From NCBI GenBank assembly GCA_041499255.1, contig JBGQJX010000001.1:1-43610 (forward strand): a DNA stretch of 43,610 nt. The letters are read 5' to 3'. Shown piece by piece: positions 18,596 through 26,602 of this stretch. Position numbers and translations under genes: made by a program. A model generated the notes under the pieces. The model was not told the origin of the DNA. It saw only the letters and a list, made by a program, of their open reading frames with translations, and did not search any database. Origin of the DNA: Ktedonobacteraceae bacterium. GTDB taxonomy: Bacteria > Chloroflexota > Ktedonobacteria > Ktedonobacterales > Ktedonobacteraceae. Positions within the stretch are counted from its first letter, which is position 1, and each line of letters starts with the position of its first letter.

Positions 18596-18749
18596 GCTCT
18601 CGGACCCGTTTGGTGATGTGGATTGTGCAGGCAGGTGAGAAGACCTCTGGCTCTTACATCACCCTCTAGAGCATTTGCCATGGCCAGAGTCACTCTTTCT
18701 CGTTCCGGGCTGACCCAGTTCTATTGCTTCACACCAAACGGGTCCGAGA
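18596..18749. repeat. 18-bp perfect inverted repeat enclosing 118 nt (long hairpin, MITE-like or structured RNA)
   Basis: tctcggacccgtttggtg (18596-18613) pairs with caccaaacgggtccgaga (18732-18749). The interior has further pairing (ctctggc/gccagag). On the minus strand it follows the merB-like stop and is followed by a T-rich tract. Confidence 0.35.
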
Positions 18750-18777
18750 ATCAAGATATATGTCAATGGGCACTGGT

Positions 18778-19530
18778 TTATTCACTGAATCCGAACAGTG
18801 ACGATTGAGCTATCCTGGTGGCGTATGCGCTTTGCGCCAATGTCAGGTATATCCCATCTACCTGTTGCCGATTCATGCGGTAGGCTCTCGCGTGTTCTTC
18901 TGACCAGAAGAAGACGGAGTTGCTTCAGTAGTCGCCAATGATGTTCGGGCCCTCGAAATGCTGCCAGTCTACTTCTGGCTCGAATAGGAGAGGCTGCGCA
19001 TCTTTCTCTTTGACGCTGCACTCCATGTCGCTATTGACAGTGAGATGTAATTCTCGACCACAATGCGCACACGCAGTCTCTATCTCGATGGAAAGTCGCT
19101 CGTTACGTAAGCGCCCTTGCACGAAGGGCGTAGCCATAGCATCTTCCGCTCACGCTCCAAAAATGCGCTCTCCGGTGCTGAAGAGCAGGCGATGAGGTGT
19201 CTTCTCCGCGGTGACTGGAAACGCCCAACTGACCTCTCCGGCAGGGTTTTGAACCAGGAAAAACAGGTTCTGCTGGAGATCGTTGAGAATGGCGATGACC
19301 CTGGAAAGTGGAAGTTGTAATTGTTGCGCGATATCTTGAGCACGTAAGGGCATACCGTGGTTGCGTGGGAGTTCGGAGACGACGAAATTTCGCACAAGGT
19401 GATGATCACGCGTCATGAAGCTGAGCCTGGTTGAGGGTTGATGTTGCGCATGCGCGAGGTGCTTGTGCCAGTTCTCAGCGGGCACTGCGAGAATTCTCTT
19501 TTGCCGACCGATCAGGATGGTATCTTTCAT
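18778..19530 (-). CDS. alkylmercury lyase (MerB)-family protein with two in-frame TGA codons: candidate selenoprotein, alternatively a pseudogene
   Basis: ORFs 19150-19530 and 18925-19137, plus an unlisted 48-codon segment (18778-18924), are all in one frame and separated only by TGA at 19150-19152 and 18925-18927. The contexts FGA-U-AEDAMATPF and GDY-U-SNSVFFWS align with MerB YAW-C96-ALD99TLIFP and SFC-C159-HVHFFAS. GGAGGAG RBS before the ATG at 19530. Confidence 0.55.
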
Positions 19531-19859
19531 CTGTCTCCTCCATGCGGGATGTTCTTTCCGCGTTCATCGTTGTTCGCGGTGGATTCGGTTAAATGATGGC
19601 TGGCGCTCACTCCATATTCCATATCGTAGACTTGCTTGAGCTGGCCTATACGCTGGAGCGTTTCCTCACTGAAAGGAAGTTTGTTTTCAAATGCGTGCAA
19701 CGTCATTCCTTCTAGCAGATCGCCGAGGGACATATCAAGGTATTCCGCGAGCGCTTTGAGCACTTTGACCATGCTTTTTTCCATGCGGACGCCGATCTGT
19801 ACGCGTTCAACAGGAATTTTACGCTGCTGCGCATGAGATGATTCTTCGCTTTTGTCCAT
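19527..19859 (-). CDS. hypothetical protein, possible ribbon-helix-helix regulator
   Basis: The segment VQIGVRMEKSMVKVLKALAEYLDMSLGDLLEGM looks like a beta-alpha-alpha RHH. Its stop overlaps the merB-like start (ATGA). The ATG at 19859 has a GAGAGGA RBS; the track start at 19886 is a TTG. Confidence 0.45.
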   Translation of the reverse strand: MDKSEESSHAQQRKIPVERVQIGVRMEKSMVKVLKALAEYLDMSLGDLLEGMTLHAFENKLPFSEETLQRIGQLKQVYDMEYGVSASHHLTESTANNDERGKNIPHGGDR

Positions 19860-20071
19860 GTTATCCTCTCTGGTGTGCCAATGCAAGAATATTCAGATAG
19901 CGATATTATATTGATAACTTTGTAACTATATAACATTATAACACATTGGAAACAAAAACAACAGATGGCAACCCTCATACTTCTTTAAACATCCTCTTTC
20001 AATGTGTTATAAAAGAATAGAGAGATATACGAATAGGTGTAAGGAGTTTCATTTTTCCAAGGAGAAAAGCT

Positions 20072-20725
20072 ATGTGCGGTCGTTTTGCACTCAGTACAGA
20101 TATTACTACCGTGGCGAAAGTTTTTGGGGTGGCGCCGTCATTGCAGGCCTCACCGCGCTATAATATTGCGCCAACGCAGGAAGTTGTGAGTATTTTGCAC
20201 AATGGCACTGCGCATATGGAGTGGTTACAGTGGGGATTGATCCCTTCCTGGGCAAAGGACGAGTCGATTGGCTCAAAGATGATTAATGCCAGGGCGGAAA
20301 CGCTGGCGGAGAAGCCTAGCTTCAAGAGGTTGTTGCACTCAAGGCGTTGCCTGGTGGTAGCTGATGGTTTCTATGAATGGAAGAAGGAGCGTAGTGGCAA
20401 GACTCCCATGTATATTACGCTGAAAGACGGGAGCCCTTTTGCCTTTGCCGGTCTGTGGGACCTCTGGCATAGTCCCGATGGGCGAGATATTCGTACCTGT
20501 ACTATCGTTACTACAGAGGCAAATGCGCTGGTTACCTCGATACATGATCGCATGCCTGTGATCCTCTCTGCTGAGGCCAGTGATCTGTGGCTGGACAGCT
20601 CGATTCATGATGAGAAGATACTCGTGCCTTTGCTGGCTCCCTATCCTGCCGAAGAGATGTCAGCGAGAGCTGTTTCACGGCTGGTGAACAACCCCAAAAC
20701 TGAAGGGGCAGAGTTGATAGCCTGA
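20072..20725 (+). CDS. SOS response-associated peptidase (SRAP/YedK-like abasic-site processing protein)
   Basis: N-terminal MCGRF with catalytic Cys2, then NARAET, DGFYEW and AGLW motifs. Confidence 0.9.
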   Translation: MCGRFALSTDITTVAKVFGVAPSLQASPRYNIAPTQEVVSILHNGTAHMEWLQWGLIPSWAKDESIGSKMINARAETLAEKPSFKRLLHSRRCLVVADGFYEWKKERSGKTPMYITLKDGSPFAFAGLWDLWHSPDGRDIRTCTIVTTEANALVTSIHDRMPVILSAEASDLWLDSSIHDEKILVPLLAPYPAEEMSARAVSRLVNNPKTEGAELIA

Positions 20726-20739
20726 AGAAGAGGCGCGCG

Positions 20740-22158
20740 CTAGCGCGCTTGAATGCGTACAGTGACCTTCGGGACAATTGCTTCTTCGGCAGGAGTGGCC
20801 AGCGAACGGATTGCGTCAATGGTTTCCTGGGCGTTTCTGACGAAATCGGCCCGCACGGGAAGGCGCGCTTTGAACTCTGCTACAGTAACATCGTCGAGGA
20901 AGCGTACGCCCTCGTTATCTAACATTACACGCGGCAACAAAACGAGATCGCCCAGGTTGCTGTTTTCCTCCAACGCTGCGAGGACATCCTGTCCGCAGAG
21001 CAGCCCGGCGACGGTCACTTCTTCGCCAAAGAACTTGTTCACGATGGGTAAGACCTGCACTTCAAGCTGTTCAGCCTGGCGTATATCTTCAGCGAACTGT
21101 TCAATGACCGGGTGGGCCATGACGCTGGTGACCAGCGTTACGCGGCGTGGCTGAGGCATGGCAAGAGGAAGTTTGCGCTTGCTGCGGTTCCACTGATCGA
21201 TCAAGAAGCGCGTCATGCCGACACCGTTCTCTATCTGCGAATAGGAGCCGTAGTGTTGGGCAGGTGGGAAATCGCGACCCGTGATGAAGTACCACTCATC
21301 GGAGAGGTAGACAAACGGATAGCCGTCGGGGTCTTCCGCCGCAAAACGCTGCTGGTGGAGCTCGACCTGTGCGATAATAGTCTCGGCTTCCTGGCGAGTA
21401 TAGTGTCGCAGGGATGGCAGATCGCCGGTCTTGAGCATGTTATTGTACTTCGTAAGCCCCACGGGCACAACAGAGATAGATTCGACGATAGGCCGCAGTT
21501 CGGCTAAATCACGGATGCTGCGATCAAGTTGCTCGCCATCGTTGATAGTGGGGCAGAGGACGAGCTGGGTGTGACAGGTGATATGCATTTCTCCCAGCCG
21601 TTTGATGTGGTCAATAATATCACCGGCGCGCGGGCCATCAACCATCTTGCGGCGCAAGTCGGGGTCGGTTGCATGCACGGAGACATAGAGAGGAGTCAGC
21701 TTTTGTTCATCGAGGCGCTGCCAGTCATGCTCTTTGAGATTGGTCAGCGTAATAAAGTTTCCAAAGAGAAATGAGTAGCGGTAATCATCATCTTTAATAT
21801 AGAGCGAGGAACGCATGCCATGAGCCAGGCCTGGTTGCGGCGCAAAACGTTCCGGTAGTCCTTTGATAAAACAGAAGACACATTTATTGGCACATTGTCG
21901 AATAAAGGGCGCTGGTTCTTCGCCGAAGAGTACACCGAGGTTTTCATCGGCTGACTTGGTTATACGAATTTCGTGTAGGGTTTGCTGTCGCTCGAAGCCG
22001 ATGATCAACTCTTCATCCGCGACATAAAAGCGATAATCGACGAGGTCGCGGACCAGGTTGCCATTGATCGTGCGAATAAGATCGCCAGGTTGTAGGCCCG
22101 CGAGGTCGGCTGGGCTTTCGGGCACTACTTCACGCACCCATCCATACATTTTTGGCAT
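20740..22158 (-). CDS. PDZ-domain radical-SAM-like protein (DUF512 family)
   Basis: N-terminal PDZ (SPADLAGLQPGDLIRTING), a CxxxCxxC cluster (CANKCVFC), and a long C-terminal DUF512-like region. Confidence 0.8.
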   Translation of the reverse strand: MPKMYGWVREVVPESPADLAGLQPGDLIRTINGNLVRDLVDYRFYVADEELIIGFERQQTLHEIRITKSADENLGVLFGEEPAPFIRQCANKCVFCFIKGLPERFAPQPGLAHGMRSSLYIKDDDYRYSFLFGNFITLTNLKEHDWQRLDEQKLTPLYVSVHATDPDLRRKMVDGPRAGDIIDHIKRLGEMHITCHTQLVLCPTINDGEQLDRSIRDLAELRPIVESISVVPVGLTKYNNMLKTGDLPSLRHYTRQEAETIIAQVELHQQRFAAEDPDGYPFVYLSDEWYFITGRDFPPAQHYGSYSQIENGVGMTRFLIDQWNRSKRKLPLAMPQPRRVTLVTSVMAHPVIEQFAEDIRQAEQLEVQVLPIVNKFFGEEVTVAGLLCGQDVLAALEENSNLGDLVLLPRVMLDNEGVRFLDDVTVAEFKARLPVRADFVRNAQETIDAIRSLATPAEEAIVPKVTVRIQAR

Positions 22159-22363
22159 TGGTTTTATTCCTTAGAAAAGACAGATAAGAGCGACCATGGC
22201 GGTCGCATGGCACCCCTCGCGGGCGCCAGAATTGCACATTGCTTCCCTTGCTCCCCAAAGAAATGCTGATATATTTCCAGATGATTATAACCGCGCGGTG
22301 GGCGTACGTCAAATTTCATGAAAGTTGGTAGACTTGCAGAACTCGTGCCCACTTGATAGAATC

Positions 22364-22400
22364 TATACGATGTCGTATATTTTGTGTATGTAGTATACAC
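22364..22400. promoter_or_regulatory. two palindromes upstream of the AbrB/Doc operon, candidate operator
   Basis: tatacga-tg-tcgtata (22364-22379) and gtgtat-gtagt-atacac (22384-22400), 27-60 nt upstream of the antitoxin start. Confidence 0.35.
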
Positions 22401-22426
22401 AGTATATACAAGTGAAAGGTTTTTCC

Positions 22427-22642
22427 ATGATTTGGCAAAAGCTCAGGAAAGTAGGCAACAGCTATGTTGTTACTATCCCAAAAGAGGAAGTAGAACGCCA
22501 GAATTTAAAAGAAGGCCAGTTACTGGCTGTCGAAGTCCAGCCGGCGGAAATACGCCCGGTGCCTTCACCTGCTTTGCGTAAAGCATTTGAAGAGAGTTGG
22601 AAACGCAATGAGGCGGGCTATCGCTACCTTGCTGAACATTAG
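22427..22642 (+). CDS. AbrB/MazE/SpoVT-family antitoxin (Phd-equivalent partner of Doc)
   Basis: The KLRKVGNSYVVTIPKE swapped-hairpin motif. Lies immediately upstream of the Doc gene. Confidence 0.75.
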   Translation: MIWQKLRKVGNSYVVTIPKEEVERQNLKEGQLLAVEVQPAEIRPVPSPALRKAFEESWKRNEAGYRYLAEH

Positions 22643-22657
22643 ACAGATGGGCTGTAA

Positions 22658-23068
22658 ATGGCGGAAATATATCAATTGACTTTGGCCGATGTACTTGCTC
22701 TTCACGAAATCATGATGGAGCGGTTCGGTCGTGCCCCTGCTCCATTACGTGAGGAAGGTTTGTTGGAATCGGCGATCATGCGACCACGTATGGTCGCTTA
22801 TTATAATGATATCGACCTGGTCAGCCAGTGCGCAATACTGACAGTGGGCATCTCACAGGCCCAGGCCTTTCTGGATGGAAATAAACGAACAGCATATGCT
22901 GCCTGTGATGTGTTTCTGCGATTAAATGGACTGGCCTTTTCAGGCGACCCATTAGCTCTGGCCATTCAATTAGAGACTGTGGCACAGCAATCAAGCAACC
23001 TTGAAGAAGCAACTGAGCGCTTTGCACAGTGGCTGCGAGGAGAGGTGAGCGCGAGAGATGAAAGCTAA
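22658..23068 (+). CDS. doc: death-on-curing (Doc/Fic) family toxin with variant active-site motif
   Basis: Fic/Doc motif region QAFLDGNKRTA, against canonical HxFxD(G/A)NKRTA. N-terminus LTLADVLALHEIMMERFG is typical of Doc. Confidence 0.85.
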   Translation: MAEIYQLTLADVLALHEIMMERFGRAPAPLREEGLLESAIMRPRMVAYYNDIDLVSQCAILTVGISQAQAFLDGNKRTAYAACDVFLRLNGLAFSGDPLALAIQLETVAQQSSNLEEATERFAQWLRGEVSARDES

Positions 23069-23151
23069 GCTTCCTTGACAGGCTCACTTGCCCATCTATA
23101 TAATCTGGTCAACAAGTTTAAACGTATTTTCCCCTAGAAAAAGATGCACCC

Positions 23152-23457
23152 ATGAATGACAATGATGATCTGACGCGGATACTTGCCGCAACCAGCGAAC
23201 CCGTGCGGCTGGAGATCATCTTTTTGCTGGATAGCGGCGATAAAATGAATGTGGGCCAGATCTCCAGCCACTTTCGTTTAAGCCGCCCGGCGATTTCTCA
23301 TCACTTGAAAGTGCTGAAAGATGCCCGAGTAGTGCGCAGCGAGAAAAGCGGACAGGAGATATTCTACTGGCTTGATTTTGAACGGGTAGTGCTCGCTCTG
23401 CGGACGCTGGCCGATAAGATTGAGCGTAACTATTTGCCGCACAAAACACAAGCATGA
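23152..23457 (+). CDS. ArsR/SmtB-family transcriptional regulator
   Basis: EPVRLEIIFLL...NVGQISSHFRLSRPAISHHLKVLKDARVV is the classic ArsR wHTH. Confidence 0.85.
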   Translation: MNDNDDLTRILAATSEPVRLEIIFLLDSGDKMNVGQISSHFRLSRPAISHHLKVLKDARVVRSEKSGQEIFYWLDFERVVLALRTLADKIERNYLPHKTQA

Positions 23458-23688
23458 TCGCCAGGAAACGCTTCCCAGATCAATTGACGGCCATTGTGGG
23501 CATCTTCCGTTGTAACCAGCACTTCACCAACCTCAGGATCGACTGCGCCAGGTGCGTTGCCCTGCTTGTAGCCGCGCGCCACAGTGCCGACGGTTGGGCA
23601 AACGAGTGAAAATGGGCACCCACAGTTGAGCTGGCAGGCAATGGGCGAGGTTGAGCCCATTCCGTCTATCAGCAAACGTGTCGCGTCC

Positions 23689-24456
23689 CTACGGGATTTT
23701 TTCGCCAATTGTGATATATACTTCCCAGTGGCTGCTGCGCGCTCGTTCGGAACGACGATGCAGGCCAAACTTTTCCAGGGGAATATGCTGACCAAACCAG
23801 GCATCTGGCACTACCTCGGTAGTGATACCTGTGCCTGTCTCGCGACTCCTATCTACTATCATATCTTCAGGACGTTCAGCAGGCTGATTCCGGGCCATTT
23901 CTTCATCCAGATTGCGATGTTTACGTGGTCCATAGACTGCTGAAGGGCCATAGACAAGCATTTGAGCAAGCACCAGGAGAGGTTGGAGAAAGCCGACGGG
24001 GAGGAGGTTGGCTCCTTCGATCACAATCAAGCGGCCGCCGGGGCGCAATACGCGCTCGACCTCTGCGATGGTATCGGGATCATAAATGTATTCAGAAGGA
24101 AACGTGCTTACGACAGTATCAAATGCCTTGGCACTGAAGGGGAGGTGTTGGGCAGACCCCTGAAGTATCCAATTTTTTTCGCCCAGATGGCGGCGCTGAA
24201 GTGTGTCTCGTGCCGCCGCCACCATCTGGGGGGAGTGCTCGACGGCGCGACAGTTGTAACCCGCCTCGATCATATCGACGAGCAGGTCTCCCAGCCCGCA
24301 ACCGAGTTCTAGCACTTCGTGACCGGTGATACGCGGTAAAACCTGGCGTTGCCAGGCGCGCCATTGTCCAGCAAACGGCACTGTGCTGGCAAAGCGGTAG
24401 AGGTAGCGGTTTTTGTAAAGTGTCTCAAATAGCCACTTACGCAAAACAGGTGTCAC
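23689..24456 (-). CDS. class I SAM-dependent methyltransferase
   Basis: Motif I VLELGCGLGDL and post-I/II LRPGGRLIVIE. 255 aa. Confidence 0.85.
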   Translation of the reverse strand: MTPVLRKWLFETLYKNRYLYRFASTVPFAGQWRAWQRQVLPRITGHEVLELGCGLGDLLVDMIEAGYNCRAVEHSPQMVAAARDTLQRRHLGEKNWILQGSAQHLPFSAKAFDTVVSTFPSEYIYDPDTIAEVERVLRPGGRLIVIEGANLLPVGFLQPLLVLAQMLVYGPSAVYGPRKHRNLDEEMARNQPAERPEDMIVDRSRETGTGITTEVVPDAWFGQHIPLEKFGLHRRSERARSSHWEVYITIGEKIP

Positions 24457-25445
24457 TGTACGCCTGCCTCACTGAAAATGTCGAGCAAATCGCTCACGTT
24501 TTCGATGATGAGATCGGGCTTGATGTCGATCGGCAAGTCTTGATCCCACTTTCCTGTGCGGCTCTTTATATGCGCAAGGACATAGTCATCATCGGTGATA
24601 TGTAATCCCTCAGGTACATCGTGAGAGTTAGCTCCCGTATAGTCCTCGGAGAAGGAGGACGTTGAATTGGCTGTTGCTACTGCCCCAGTGGCAACCAGAT
24701 AAGCTCGCTGCCGTACACTCGGTTTAGGTTTCCAGATGGTGAAAATATGCAGCATCTTTCCCCCTGCAATGTCTGCCTTGAGCGAGTCACCGACCATCAC
24801 AGCCTCTGAAGGGGGGATGTTCAAAGCATTGAGCGAATGGAGGAAAATCGCGGGATTCGGTTTTCGTACCCCTAAATCGGCTGAAATGGCGATGTGGCGG
24901 GGATCAAAAAAGTTCAGCAAGCCCAGTGTTTGCAGGTCTTCCTGGAACAGTGTCCCACCCCATTGGCGATTGGTTACTACTCCCAATTGAAAACCGCGCT
25001 GTCGTAACGCTGCCAGTGTGGAGAGAACGTCATCAAAAAGCGGGCGTGACTCAGGTATACGCACACGCAGCGCCTCAAAAATGGCCGCGCTGCTTTCACG
25101 AGGAACACCGTTGATGCCCCATTGCCGCAGAACCTGTGTAACAGCATAAGCGCAATCAGGCTCAAGATCGTGGTTCTGGCGAATCATGGCTCGTGTCTGT
25201 TCGTCTACAGAATCGCGTAAACGCTGGCCAAGTGCTGTATTGCTTACATCGGGCTGGTAAGTAGGGGCAACAAGCTGCTTGAGCAGTGAAACAGCACGCA
25301 TATTCGAAGCATTTTCCAATTGCCGCCATACAGCCGGGTCTTTACGAAACCAGAGCGTGTCACCGAGGTCAAACAAAATGCAGCGGATAGTACGTCCTGT
25401 GAGCAATGGTATTGGCTTTTTTGGCAAAGGCGCACCCCATGTCAA
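24453..25445 (-). CDS. HAD-superfamily hydrolase
   Basis: Motif I ILFDLGDTLW, motif II VVTNR, motif IV MVGDSLKADIAGG. 4-nt overlap with the methyltransferase. Confidence 0.8.
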   Translation of the reverse strand: MTWGAPLPKKPIPLLTGRTIRCILFDLGDTLWFRKDPAVWRQLENASNMRAVSLLKQLVAPTYQPDVSNTALGQRLRDSVDEQTRAMIRQNHDLEPDCAYAVTQVLRQWGINGVPRESSAAIFEALRVRIPESRPLFDDVLSTLAALRQRGFQLGVVTNRQWGGTLFQEDLQTLGLLNFFDPRHIAISADLGVRKPNPAIFLHSLNALNIPPSEAVMVGDSLKADIAGGKMLHIFTIWKPKPSVRQRAYLVATGAVATANSTSSFSEDYTGANSHDVPEGLHITDDDYVLAHIKSRTGKWDQDLPIDIKPDLIIENVSDLLDIFSEAGVQ

Positions 25446-25451
25446 TAAGAA

Positions 25452-25494
25452 GGATAAAGAGTATAGAGTTGTTTTGCTGCTATACTCTTTATCC
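25452..25494 (-). terminator. intrinsic terminator downstream of clpP
   Basis: 15-bp perfect stem ggataaagagtatag / ctatactctttatcc, followed on the minus strand by ttcttatt. Confidence 0.6.
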
Positions 25495-25529
25495 CTATTT
25501 ACTCTACTCTTTAACCTTTTTAAGAATAC

Positions 25530-26195
25530 CTAGCGCGAAAGCGCATCTTCGCCTTCTGTGAGCACTTCATCTACAATGCCGTACTCAACAGCTTGTGGAG
25601 CGGAGAGGTAGTAGTTGCGGTCCGAGTCTTGCATGATGCGCTCGGTCGTCTGACCGGTGTGCTTGGCAAGAATCTCGTAGATGCTGCGGCGCAAGCGCAG
25701 AATTTCGCGTGCAGTGATTTCAATATCGGCTGCCTGACCTTCTGCGCCGCCGAGCGGCTGGTGAATAAGCACTGTCGAGTTCGGCAAACAGAAGCGTTTG
25801 TCTTTTTGACCTGCGGTCAAGAGAACTGCGCCCATGCTCATGGCCATACCCATACAGACGGTTGAGACATCCGGTTTGAGCCACAGCATTGTGTCGTAAA
25901 TGGCCAGACCAGCATAGATGCTCCCACCAGGGGAGTTAATATACATGTTGATGTCTTTGGTTGCATCCTCACTCTGGAGGAACAATAATTGCGCTACAGT
26001 TACGTTCGCGACCATGTCGTCAATAGGTGTGCCAATGAAAATGATACGCTCTTTCAAGAGACGTGAGAAAATGTCCCAGCCGCGCTCACCACGAGGTGTT
26101 GATTCGACGACATTGGGAATAATGCCCCTGGGTTCAAGAATTTCAGCTCTGCCCTTGATCCATTTGGGATCATTGGGATTGAAAACGGCGCCCAT
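25530..26195 (-). CDS. clpP: ATP-dependent Clp protease proteolytic subunit
   Basis: [10 protein letters not shown], catalytic Ser in GMAMSMGA, His in LIHQPLGG. 221 aa. Confidence 0.95.
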   Translation of the reverse strand: MGAVFNPNDPKWIKGRAEILEPRGIIPNVVESTPRGERGWDIFSRLLKERIIFIGTPIDDMVANVTVAQLLFLQSEDATKDINMYINSPGGSIYAGLAIYDTMLWLKPDVSTVCMGMAMSMGAVLLTAGQKDKRFCLPNSTVLIHQPLGGAEGQAADIEITAREILRLRRSIYEILAKHTGQTTERIMQDSDRNYYLSAPQAVEYGIVDEVLTEGEDALSR

Positions 26196-26361
26196 CTTAA
26201 CTCCTTCTTATCTAAAACAACGAACGGTCTGCCCCTCTTTCCATTGGTTATTGGGCGGGTTATACCGTCGGCTAAAAACGAAATGTGCAGAGGATACCCG
26301 CGCAAGCGGGTACTTGTACCGTAATGATAGCACTTGCAGGATGTAAACGCAAGAATGGAAA

Positions 26362-26562
26362 TTACAGCACAATCTCGCCAGTGCCTTTACAGGTACTGCA
26401 TATCTGCTCTACATAGATCAGCCCGTCTTCGCACCTGGGGCAGAGCTTCAATCTCTCGGTGCCATCGCTGTCGTAAGTAATAATTTCAGCCGTGCCATTA
26501 CACTTTTGACAAATGACACCGACACTAATAGTGCCGGTACCGCCACAGTTAGGACACGGCAT
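26362..26562 (-). CDS. small DnaJ-type zinc-finger (CxxCxGxG repeat) protein
   Basis: Four CxxC units: CPNCGGTG, CQKCNGTA, CPRCEDG, CSTCKGTG. 66 aa. Confidence 0.65.
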   Translation of the reverse strand: MPCPNCGGTGTISVGVICQKCNGTAEIITYDSDGTERLKLCPRCEDGLIYVEQICSTCKGTGEIVL

Positions 26563-26602
26563 CAGGAGGTCTCCATACTCTTGTGCAGGGACGGGTTAAA
26601 TA

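Noticed and set aside
18410-18600. Looked for a RelE/HigB-like toxin upstream of the XRE antitoxin-like gene
   Set aside because: No ORF of 60 codons or more lies on the minus strand there, and I saw no recognisable toxin motif. The HTH gene is treated as orphan.
23430-23804. 124-aa minus ORF; its C-terminal 77 codons (from the ATG at 23660) would fill the gap between the methyltransferase and arsR and are Cys-rich (CQLNCGCP, CVLCGK)
   Set aside because: It could be a real small protein. However, it overlaps the arsR 3' end by 28 nt, I see no RBS, and I recognise no family. Not called; worth a homology search.
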